A stretch of 64,000 bases of DNA. Origin: an uncultured archaeon (GTDB lineage Archaea > Asgardarchaeota > Thorarchaeia > Thorarchaeales > Thorarchaeaceae). A program made the position numbers and the translations under genes. Below, piece after piece: positions 29,644 to 37,931 of the stretch; the first letter of the stretch is position 1; each line of letters opens with the position of its first letter. The stretch is taken from assembly GCA_964458565.1 (NCBI GenBank), contig CAYWJO010000013.1, positions 14,541 to 78,540 of the forward strand. The letters run 5' to 3'. Below the pieces are notes generated by a model, which worked only from the letters and a program-made list of their open reading frames with translations, did not search any database and was not told where the DNA came from.

Positions 29644-29946
29644 ATGAATAAGAAAAACTTGCGAAGAATTGCAGCGGGACTCATCCTCTTTGCTTTCAGT
29701 ATTGGTATGCTTACCAGTCTGGCTGGCACCTTCATGACAAGTGGAGTTGCAGAAGCTGGGGATGATACAGCTGATGATTGGCCAAATCAGGATCAGGTAG
29801 TTGATTACCGCATTGATGAGCCCGCACATCCTGACCTTGATGAGTATCAAGTCGTAGATTATCGAATTGATACACCATCAGATGAATCAGGTTTAGAAGG
29901 CGAGGCTATTCAGGTAGTCGAATACAGAATCGATACTCCCTGGTGA
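29644..29946 (+). CDS. Small secreted protein with three QVV[DE]YRID[ET]P repeats (candidate multi-core peptide precursor)
   Basis: GGTGA SD; basic plus hydrophobic N-terminus ending in AEA; three amino-acid-conserved repeats with synonymous codon divergence; downstream terminator. Confidence 0.85.
   Translation: MNKKNLRRIAAGLILFAFSIGMLTSLAGTFMTSGVAEAGDDTADDWPNQDQVVDYRIDEPAHPDLDEYQVVDYRIDTPSDESGLEGEAIQVVEYRIDTPW
29794..29940 (+). repeat. Three 30-nt coding repeats (29794, 29848, 29911)
   Basis: QVVDYRIDEP / QVVDYRIDTP / QVVEYRIDTP. Confidence 0.9.
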
Positions 29947-29970
29947 TTCTCCCTGAAACTCATCTATACG

Positions 29971-30018
29971 CCTAGCGTTGTTTTGGCAGCGCTAGGTGAT
30001 TTTTCCTTTTATTTTCTT
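29971..30018 (+). terminator. Hairpin plus T-tract
   Basis: CCTAGCGTTG / CAGCGCTAGG stem followed by TTTTTCCTTTTATTTT. Confidence 0.65.
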
Positions 30019-30049
30019 ATCCGCTGTGAAAAAGAATGAGATGATGCAT

Positions 30050-31057
30050 ATGGATTTGCTAGATAAAAAGATCATACGAAGACTGTTAGGAAATTCAAGA
30101 GAATCCTTTCACAGTATTGCGAGAGCGTTTGATGTCACCTGTCCAACAATAACCTCACGTGTTAATCGGTTGAGACAGATGGGTGTGATCCAGCGCTTCG
30201 TAACGGAATTATCTCATGAAACAATGGGTGTTGAGTGGATTCTGACTGAGATAAAGACCAATGGTGGGATCAGGAAATCCGATCTGTTGCAGGAGTTCCA
30301 ATCGAATGCTTGTATCGGGGATGTTTACATGTTAGGCAGAAGTCGTTATCTTGTACTTGCTGAAGTCTATCCTGAAGAAAAGAGTGGATATGTATCATGC
30401 CTCAAGAAGATAGATGATATCGAATATATTGAGGTAAGTGATATTCATCCAATATCTACTCAGATTAGTAATGGAAACTGTAAATTCACAACAAGAGGGC
30501 AAAAGATAGATTTATCCCCCATCGAGGTGGATCTTTTAAGATTCCTGGTAAGGAACTCACGCACTCCAATAAAAACGATAACTGATTGCACAGGGTACAG
30601 TACAAAGCTTGTACGCAGAGTTATGAGGAAATTCATTCAGTGCAATGGCATACATCTCACGTTGAAACTAAATCTCTCACAATGTGGTCAGATTAATTTC
30701 ATACTACGCACCCGTCTAAGGGATATGACCGTGCAAGCTGATGAAATTGCAGATTGGGTATCTTGTAGGTACCCTGAGGAACTCTGGTTCACACTCTTTG
30801 CTCCTCGTTCAGACAGTCTTTTACACTATATGACCGTAAGGCAGCCACAGTCTATCGAGCGAGTGATTAGAGAGGCCATCAAGCACCCTCGCATCGAAGA
30901 TGTTGAAGCTACCATAATCTATAGTATGTTCAAATCAGAAGGACGAACGCAACAGTTCCTCAAACATTGTATTGGCAACTTCTCAGAGGATGAATTAGAA
31001 TTACCGTTATCTTCTCTCCACGAACCGAGTCTGTTAGAACAAGAAATACATACCTGA
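30050..31057 (+). CDS. Lrp/AsnC family double-domain regulator (Lrp-B), paralogue of Lrp-A
   Basis: MDLLDKKI...L..NSR.S...IA...VTCPTI; shares VTCPTI, S.ET.GV.W...EI.T, K...RG.K and YMT with Lrp-A. Confidence 0.85.
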   Translation: MDLLDKKIIRRLLGNSRESFHSIARAFDVTCPTITSRVNRLRQMGVIQRFVTELSHETMGVEWILTEIKTNGGIRKSDLLQEFQSNACIGDVYMLGRSRYLVLAEVYPEEKSGYVSCLKKIDDIEYIEVSDIHPISTQISNGNCKFTTRGQKIDLSPIEVDLLRFLVRNSRTPIKTITDCTGYSTKLVRRVMRKFIQCNGIHLTLKLNLSQCGQINFILRTRLRDMTVQADEIADWVSCRYPEELWFTLFAPRSDSLLHYMTVRQPQSIERVIREAIKHPRIEDVEATIIYSMFKSEGRTQQFLKHCIGNFSEDELELPLSSLHEPSLLEQEIHT

Positions 31058-31068
31058 ATCAAACACAC

Positions 31069-31101
31069 GAGCTGAAGGATCTGTCTCCAATCCTTCAGCT
31101 C
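31069..31101. terminator. Perfect 12-bp inverted repeat after Lrp-B
   Basis: GAGCTGAAGGAT-N9-ATCCTTCAGCTC. Confidence 0.6.
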
Positions 31102-31156
31102 TCCTTCATTATCTAGTTTGATACAATTTTAGGACTATCGATTATCAAAAAGGGAA

Positions 31157-31192
31157 ATTTGTAAGAGACTCTCGTAACGCGTCTTTATACTA
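31157..31192 (+). promoter_or_regulatory. Promoter element copy 2
   Basis: ATTTGTAAGAGACTCTCGTAACGCGTCTTTATACTA, 27/36 identical to 29531..29566. Confidence 0.6.
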
Positions 31193-31209
31193 ATAATTTC
31201 TCTATAACT

Positions 31210-31340
31210 CCTACAAGTGTCACTCAAACCAAATTTGGATGTAATGGATTTCCTGAAAGACGGTCTTCCTTATCACCTCTTCATCTCCTCACGAGTGCAC
31301 TTCGGGTGGGGGGCTGGTCACTCCCCGCTCGTATTTTTTC
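31210..31340 (+). ncRNA. Candidate small RNA (boundaries approximate)
   Basis: Lies between the conserved TATA promoter and an 11-bp G-U-containing stem (31303-31331) plus T6. No credible ORF ends before the terminator. Contains ATCACCTC. Confidence 0.35.
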
Positions 31341-31420
31341 ATATTCTCTCTTATAGAATCTGTTTCAGAAACTTATGCATTCTGTATTATTGTGAATCCC
31401 TTCGACTAACAGTTCTTGTT

Positions 31421-34400
31421 TCATCTTTTTTTCTTATAGATAATCACGACAACCAAAATGCCTATGGAACATCCACCTATCAACAGCAACGGTCCCCAAA
31501 GTTCCCAATCAATACAAGGCCACACACAAGGTTCTACCTCCTCTTCACCCTTAACGACAATAACTTCAGCTATGCCAATGAGATCCCCATTGAGATATCC
31601 ATAAATGGTGAACTGTCGCTCATCATCGATTTCTGCATCATCAGTTGGTTCGAAAGTTATCGTGATTTCCTGATATTCTCCAGGTGCCAATGAATGCAGA
31701 GCCAAACCATCTATCTCACATCTCCAAAGTGGCAATGTGCTATCAACCTGTCTTGCTACTAAGAACACAGTACCCGTAGGACCACTTGTTTCATTCGATG
31801 GATTTCCAACAATCATTGTTACATTGACTGGAGAGGTGGCAGTTGCAATCTTTATGTTTTCTTGAGCCTTATTATTTGAGAGGTGCAAATCAGCAGGATC
31901 ACAGGAGGTGATGGTTGCTCTTATGCACCTGTCTCCGTATATCAATGGGGTCCACGTTATGGATGCGTATTCCTGACTTCCTGCCGGTACCGTAATACTC
32001 ACGATATCAGTAGGACTGGGTTCAATCTCCTCCCACAATCCTCCTGGCTGACCTACACCATAGTCACCTATTGAAAAGGTCACCTCTGTGTTTATCGCAT
32101 CAACTGTTGCAAGGTTATGTATCGTCGCCCTTATAGTATATTTTTCTCTCATCTCCAAACCATATCTATCTATGACCGCTCCTGTATCATAGTCACGAAT
32201 CTCGATATCTGGATTATCAGGAGATGGATTCACATCATGTCCCGATCCTGCTGGATTGGCAACCCACGTGGATTCCACCCACCAACTATAGATGAATGGA
32301 TCTGGAAGAACTCCAGGTGGTAGTACTCGATATTGAGTCACTGCTGCCTTTGTTACACCCTGCTTAGCGATGATGTTGATTGTACCTTCCAAGAGACCTG
32401 AAGGTATTATGTAATCTATCACTGTGTCAGCGGTAGTCACTGTAGTACTGAACGGAGCTAATCCATCCACAGTGATATCAATTGTTCCTGCATCAAAGTG
32501 TTTCAATGTGATTTTTGTTGGAGTGCCTTCCGGTCCTTGAACTGGATCGATTGTTATCTCTCCTCCATCGCTAACAGCAATCTCGTAATTGAACTCGGGT
32601 TGTATATAGTTGTGTTTTGTGACTGTAAGATGTATGTTTTCACCAGATGTGGGAGCAAGCTCAAAGTATGCATTACCATTCCCATCTGTATATCTGACTT
32701 CGAGTATGTCTGGGTCTCTGAAGAGACACACCTTTGCATTATTTACAGGGGTAATTCCATCTGTAACGGAAACCACAAATGACTGAGTATAAGTGGATCC
32801 AATCGTATCAGGATAGGTAATTGTCAACGGGGTGGGAAGTGATGTCCAGATTTCCATCTCGGGGTCGCCAAAGAGATTGAAGAGTTCAAGTGTTTCATCT
32901 AAAGCCGTCGGATAGTCACTAAATTTGAGAAGTATACTTTCATATTCAGTGATCCCCTGTCCTGCAGTAAGCAGCTTACCATAAGCAATGATTTGACCAA
33001 GGTCGTAAAGGCCTCCTGAAGCATATCTTTCATCAAAGTCATCCCAGATAGCATCAACGAAGCCCTTCAATAGGATATCATTCCATCCGCTATAACTCAT
33101 TCGAGATGATCCAATTGTAGCAACGGCTCCCTTTGGTCCTAGATCAGGATCATAAAGATTCACTAGTTCTTCACAGAGTGAGTCTACATCTCTACTCAAA
33201 ACAATATCATCATCATCATCAGTTTCACTATCAAACCAACCGGTGTTACAATCCATACTGAATATGACTGGCCAATTATTATCATAATTTTCCAGACCCC
33301 CGATATGATCCTCGATAATGAACTGAGGTAAAGACCATCCGTCTCTATCTGTTATGAAATTACCCTCTTCATGATTATAGAAATTACTTGATACTCCATG
33401 GTCCCGGTGAAAGATCAGGAATTTACCTGAATTAAAACAATCAACAATATCTTTTTCTTTCCCTGTATCACTTACAGTCTCTGGCCATTTGTAATTTAAT
33501 CCATAATCCCATGAATATCCTGTATACCAAGCCGCATCGATTAAATTATATCCATTGATTTCTGTTTCCTCGAAATACTTTTCGGGAGCATGAGACCTCC
33601 AAACACTTATTGGATTTGTGCAGTAGATTCGTTCTGTGGAATAGTCATTTTGATCAAGAAATTGCGCAATTTGTTCTGAAGTCAAAATAAATGGACGGTC
33701 TTCCTCCCCATCAGAACCGTCTTCAGCTACATCATCAATACCATCGTCATTAGAATCAACAAGGGAATATTCATCTTGGAAGCAAGAAACTGCACCAACG
33801 TTTGTATAGAACGAAGGCACATCAACCGGATTCTGCTCATAGTCTATTATCTTCTTGATGACCTGAGATAATGTGTCTAAATCATCTACAGGAAGTCTAC
33901 CGATGAATATATCACTAAAAGAATCAAGTCCATCAACTGTTGTGTAAATTACATCTGAAGCAATATACCCAAAGGCCTCACCTACGGGGTGATGCTCTTC
34001 TCTTCCACTAAAAGTTTCATAATTTGTTGGTATGAGATTTGTATCTCCAACTAGTAGAATATAGGTGGGAGCAGTTGCCCACGTTGTATATGCATTACTT
34101 ATCTGCGTTTTAATACCTGCACTAGTAATAGGGGGCGATAGAGTCCAAATCTTTGTTCTAAGCCCCTTCATTTGTTTCCAAGTGGCAAGTGTATCTACAT
34201 CATATTCATACGAGCCTGTAATATCATCAAGATTTGAATGAGTGATGATGAGATAATCTACATTTTCAGGTCCCTGGGACGGTATGATTGGAGCTACTGG
34301 CATCATTGATTGCATGGGGCGATTTAATGGGTCATAATTTAGAATCATCCCTGAGAGCATTTCTTCAAAGGGCTGAGAGTACAGGTTATCATCTATCGGA

Positions 34401-35146
34401 TCTATTTGTGAAAGGACGGAGTATTCAATCTTGATTTTGATGTTCGAATATACTCTCATTATGTTAAGTTGAGGATTGATTTGAATTGGAAAAAAAATGA
34501 GTTGAACCAACCTATGGCCTCTAATTTTCATAGGTGCGTTATCTACCGCACCTATGATTTTTGCTGGTTGGAAAGGGAAGTAAGTATTATTTGAATAAGT
34601 GATATAATCAATAAAGTGAGGGCTTGCAGTGATGTTTGGATGATCTACTTGTGGTTCTTGAGCTGGCGAGATATTGAATCCTGTATGAAGTTTGTAATTA
34701 GCTGATTCAATATGAAGACTGACGTTGACATCCCTTGGGATTTCTATAAACCGAGAAACGATGGGAACTGCAGGTTTCCCGACATCCTCCAATAGACTTC
34801 CTCCTGGCAGGCGGAACAAATCGTATATCATTCCCTCTAGAGGTATCTTCAGCAAATGCGCTCCGTAAAATGTTGATTCGACCATAATTCCTGTTGTATC
34901 ACTTGAGAGAGGGATTATCTCTGGTTTCGTATCTGGTATGGACCCATTTATGAACTCAAACCAAGTACTACTGGACCAGTCTGATTCTTCAAATTGTTCG
35001 TAGTAATCCTTCTCAATCTTTTCGCCCTCTATCATTTCTATAGATAGATGGGACAGTGATATTGGTGGACCAATTATAATCAGGATGACAAGCGCACATG
35101 AAAATCTCAGCTTAAGATTCCGGTTCAAAAATCTGCTATCCTTCAT
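31421..35146 (-). CDS. C25 family (gingipain-like) cysteine peptidase, secreted and membrane anchored
   Basis: Signal peptide; propeptide (G.P.VP...F.EIP); YLII, YILLVGD...IP, SD..Y, GRLP, HRDHG, DCNTG, GAVA.IG.SR and NLFGDP motifs; Ig/CARDB-like domains; TM plus KKKR. Confidence 0.9.
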   Translation of the reverse strand: MKDSRFLNRNLKLRFSCALVILIIIGPPISLSHLSIEMIEGEKIEKDYYEQFEESDWSSSTWFEFINGSIPDTKPEIIPLSSDTTGIMVESTFYGAHLLKIPLEGMIYDLFRLPGGSLLEDVGKPAVPIVSRFIEIPRDVNVSLHIESANYKLHTGFNISPAQEPQVDHPNITASPHFIDYITYSNNTYFPFQPAKIIGAVDNAPMKIRGHRLVQLIFFPIQINPQLNIMRVYSNIKIKIEYSVLSQIDPIDDNLYSQPFEEMLSGMILNYDPLNRPMQSMMPVAPIIPSQGPENVDYLIITHSNLDDITGSYEYDVDTLATWKQMKGLRTKIWTLSPPITSAGIKTQISNAYTTWATAPTYILLVGDTNLIPTNYETFSGREEHHPVGEAFGYIASDVIYTTVDGLDSFSDIFIGRLPVDDLDTLSQVIKKIIDYEQNPVDVPSFYTNVGAVSCFQDEYSLVDSNDDGIDDVAEDGSDGEEDRPFILTSEQIAQFLDQNDYSTERIYCTNPISVWRSHAPEKYFEETEINGYNLIDAAWYTGYSWDYGLNYKWPETVSDTGKEKDIVDCFNSGKFLIFHRDHGVSSNFYNHEEGNFITDRDGWSLPQFIIEDHIGGLENYDNNWPVIFSMDCNTGWFDSETDDDDDIVLSRDVDSLCEELVNLYDPDLGPKGAVATIGSSRMSYSGWNDILLKGFVDAIWDDFDERYASGGLYDLGQIIAYGKLLTAGQGITEYESILLKFSDYPTALDETLELFNLFGDPEMEIWTSLPTPLTITYPDTIGSTYTQSFVVSVTDGITPVNNAKVCLFRDPDILEVRYTDGNGNAYFELAPTSGENIHLTVTKHNYIQPEFNYEIAVSDGGEITIDPVQGPEGTPTKITLKHFDAGTIDITVDGLAPFSTTVTTADTVIDYIIPSGLLEGTINIIAKQGVTKAAVTQYRVLPPGVLPDPFIYSWWVESTWVANPAGSGHDVNPSPDNPDIEIRDYDTGAVIDRYGLEMREKYTIRATIHNLATVDAINTEVTFSIGDYGVGQPGGLWEEIEPSPTDIVSITVPAGSQEYASITWTPLIYGDRCIRATITSCDPADLHLSNNKAQENIKIATATSPVNVTMIVGNPSNETSGPTGTVFLVARQVDSTLPLWRCEIDGLALHSLAPGEYQEITITFEPTDDAEIDDERQFTIYGYLNGDLIGIAEVIVVKGEEEVEPCVWPCIDWELWGPLLLIGGCSIGILVVVIIYKKKR

Positions 35147-35279
35147 GCTACTTTCCTCCCTAACACACGATGGCGCTTCGCACGACTATTTGTGAACTCT
35201 GTAATAAGTAGTATGCAATCATTCGAACTAAAGAAATTCAATGAGGGATTAACCTTATAATAAAGTAAAATACTATATA

Positions 35280-35963
35280 ATGAAAAATGACTTGAGGAGT
35301 TTCACTGTGGTACAAGATGCAATTACCCCTTTGGGATATCACTATATCCGTTGTTTTTGGCGATTTGTTCACGACAAAGCATTTCCCGGCCCTACCAATT
35401 TGAGCGAATTCATCAAAAGATTACGGTGCATTGCACGTTTGACACGACATGATCTTGTCGAAAAGCTATACGGTCTAGATCGAGAAGGTAATCCACTGAA
35501 TGAATTCTTTGAAAAATTAGTAGAGAACTATAAGACATTGCTTGAAACCATATTCGATAAATATCCCATTCTAAAGAAAAGCGTAAATGGGAAACGGACT
35601 CCATTCATTCGATGTCTATGGCGATATATCCACATTCTTGCTTTTGGTGATCCGGAGATAGACCCGTTAAAACAGCTCGCTAAATTCAAATGTTATAGAA
35701 AAGTTCCGAAAATTCTAAGAGATATACCTAATTATCTCAGTTCTAAATCGTTTTATACAGTGGTTGACTGTTACATAAAAATCATCTTTGCTGTATTCCA
35801 CGAGAATCCTGAACTAGGTGATCCGGGTGATATTGATTGGGGTGGAGACGACGAGTATGATGGATTTGGACCTTGTATAATACATCAACCTCCCAACCCA
35901 CCTGATTGTGATTACATTGGGAGAACGATACAGGGTTATTGCCCGACTCATTATCCACTATAG
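35280..35963 (+). CDS. Hypothetical protein with an internal ~87-aa duplication (start possibly GTG 35307)
   Basis: YIRCFWRFVHDKAFPGP versus FIRCLWRYIHILAFGDP; GAGGAG SD before GTG 35307. Confidence 0.7.
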   Translation: MKNDLRSFTVVQDAITPLGYHYIRCFWRFVHDKAFPGPTNLSEFIKRLRCIARLTRHDLVEKLYGLDREGNPLNEFFEKLVENYKTLLETIFDKYPILKKSVNGKRTPFIRCLWRYIHILAFGDPEIDPLKQLAKFKCYRKVPKILRDIPNYLSSKSFYTVVDCYIKIIFAVFHENPELGDPGDIDWGGDDEYDGFGPCIIHQPPNPPDCDYIGRTIQGYCPTHYPL

Positions 35964-35989
35964 AGTTCAATAAGACGGAGTATAATACG

Positions 35990-37471
35990 TTATACTCCTT
36001 CCAATCTTTTTATTATTCTCTCTAAGTAGTTTAGATTGTTTTCTTGAATTATCACACGAAGCTGTTTCAACACACCTTTGCCTTCATTATATTTCTCCTG
36101 AAACAGATACCATTGAGTTTTGTAAAACAAAGCTTGTCCCAAGATTCCAGGCAAGTCATTCGATTGTGCTCTCTCTTCCAACAATGTAAGCCATGGACCA
36201 AGCCCTTTGGAGGTGTCTGCGAATTGGCTTGACCCTGCAAGAAGAACTTCACTCTTCGCTAAATGATGCAAACAGATGTACTCGCTCATTAAAGTCCCCC
36301 TCCGATTGTAGATGTCCAATGCCTCTTCAAGACTTGCTTGTGCCTGAAGAAAGTTATTCTTCTCAAGTTCTATAATCCCATCAATAAGGTATAATGCAGC
36401 AAGATGTGACTCCAATCCTGACTTCAATATATTTTCCCGGACTTCATCTACCAACTCAGTCGCACCTGAAATATCCTGCATCAAACAAAGTGCCCAGGCT
36501 TGGTTAAGAATTGCTCTTGGTTTGTGTACCGGCTGAAATTCAACCTCTGCCATCTTTGCCCACTCAAGACCCGCCTCGGCATTTCCAATTGAATTGAAGA
36601 GTGTAGAGAGAGTTATGGCATATGGTCCTATTGGTTTACCCAAGCTCTGACGCAGTGTAATATTTTCCAAGTTGTGTTCAATAGCTTGATCGTATTCTCC
36701 GCGAATTGCTTCAATTTTACTCAATTGAAAGATGGTATAGCTTAAACCATCTTTATCCCCCATAGATTTCAACATATCCAGTGATTGCAGGAGTAATTCT
36801 AGAGATGCTTTCAAATCAGATGATTGTATGTGTACTGCTTTGGTACGTAAAATTCGAGCTAATCTATTCTCATCGTTGTATTCCTCAGCAATTGATGCAG
36901 CACTTTCAATGTTTTGAATGAGTTCATCTGTATCGCCATCCCTTGATGCTCTTATGGCTAGCAAATCATGTAGTCTTGCCTCGTAAAAACGAAATTGAGA
37001 ATTTGGTTTGAGTAATCCCATGATTCTATCTAATGTGGTGCTATCAAACAAACACTTAGGATATACAAATGATTCCGCTTCGAATTTGATCAGGAGCATC
37101 TCTAGCTCTAACCACTTTGGAGGGTTACTCTTAAGCACTTCATCAACTGCTTCTCTTGTTTTCTCAATATCCGCTTCTCTACCTTGATACGCACTTGCAA
37201 AAAAGAGATGCGGCCGTATTATAGTCAGGTCCCCGTATTTCTGAGCAATTCTTTCTAAGCAATTGAAATCGGAAACAATCGAGGCATGATATGTAGCAAA
37301 ATATGCAGTTAGCTCTGAGACCTCTTCATTACAGGCTTTGTGATTCAAGATTTGCACAAAATCATAATAATTGTACGCCGCTTCCATGCAATTCTGAATA
37401 TTCTCTTTAGTAACCGAGTCAATAAATGGAAAATACATTGTAATGGTACCGATTGGTTGGAACTCCTGCAC
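35990..37471 (-). CDS. TPR-repeat protein
   Basis: Repeated A...L...G.Y..A helical pairs of about 40 aa. Confidence 0.8.
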   Translation of the reverse strand: MQEFQPIGTITMYFPFIDSVTKENIQNCMEAAYNYYDFVQILNHKACNEEVSELTAYFATYHASIVSDFNCLERIAQKYGDLTIIRPHLFFASAYQGREADIEKTREAVDEVLKSNPPKWLELEMLLIKFEAESFVYPKCLFDSTTLDRIMGLLKPNSQFRFYEARLHDLLAIRASRDGDTDELIQNIESAASIAEEYNDENRLARILRTKAVHIQSSDLKASLELLLQSLDMLKSMGDKDGLSYTIFQLSKIEAIRGEYDQAIEHNLENITLRQSLGKPIGPYAITLSTLFNSIGNAEAGLEWAKMAEVEFQPVHKPRAILNQAWALCLMQDISGATELVDEVRENILKSGLESHLAALYLIDGIIELEKNNFLQAQASLEEALDIYNRRGTLMSEYICLHHLAKSEVLLAGSSQFADTSKGLGPWLTLLEERAQSNDLPGILGQALFYKTQWYLFQEKYNEGKGVLKQLRVIIQENNLNYLERIIKRLEGV

Positions 37472-37641
37472 ACTCCAGTTCAGTGGGACGCCAATGAAAT
37501 ATAGTTCAATTGAGGAAAAAGAGTCTTTCGATAAGTGGATTGACCAAATTTTTTCTGTTAGTTCATGATAGCCTGGGATTTATCCTCCGTCCCAGATGCT
37601 CTACTTCTGATGAGGACCGGGTTTGTATTTTTTCTCTACGA

Positions 37642-37794
37642 TTACATTCTCTCCCTTTCTTCGTAACGCTCAAGGTATTCCCGAATTGCATCCCTCACAA
37701 ACGAAGGGAATCCTTTCCATGAATTGTGCAAAGCTAATCTTTCATAGCGTGTTCGCAACTCTCGGGGAATTCGAACCATAATATCTTCACTCAT
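37642..37794 (-). CDS. 50-aa ribbon-helix-helix (CopG/Arc/MetJ-like) protein, absent from the ORF track
   Basis: MSEDIMVRIPRELRTRYERLALHNSWKGFPSFVRDAIREYLERYEERERM; GAGGCGA SD upstream; strand-helix-helix pattern with FVRDAIREYL. Confidence 0.8.
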   Translation of the reverse strand: MSEDIMVRIPRELRTRYERLALHNSWKGFPSFVRDAIREYLERYEERERM

Positions 37795-37814
37795 GATGAA
37801 ATCGCCTCAGAGGG

Positions 37815-37885
37815 TAGTATACGATACGTATACATTAGTAGACATATTTATATACTTATCGTATACTAATGTATACAATGTACAA
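37815..37885. promoter_or_regulatory. Phased GTATAC operator array around a TATA box
   Basis: GTATAC at 37817, 37828, 37861 and 37871, with variants at 37838 and 37850; inverted repeats 37815-26/37857-68 and 37828-40/37864-76; TTTATATA at 37847. Confidence 0.7.
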
Positions 37886-37931
37886 TGATTATTTGAATAT
37901 CATCGTGCATGAAAATAGAAGGAAAAAAATA

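Noticed and set aside
29644-29946. Assignment to a known RiPP class
   Set aside because: No radical SAM, YcaO, LanM, ATP-grasp or similar maturase in the window.
31217-31693. 158-aa plus-strand ORF
   Set aside because: Runs through a terminator and overlaps the C25 3' end antisense; no recognisable motifs.
37510-37722. 70-aa plus-strand ORF
   Set aside because: Antisense to the more convincing RHH ORF at 37642..37794.
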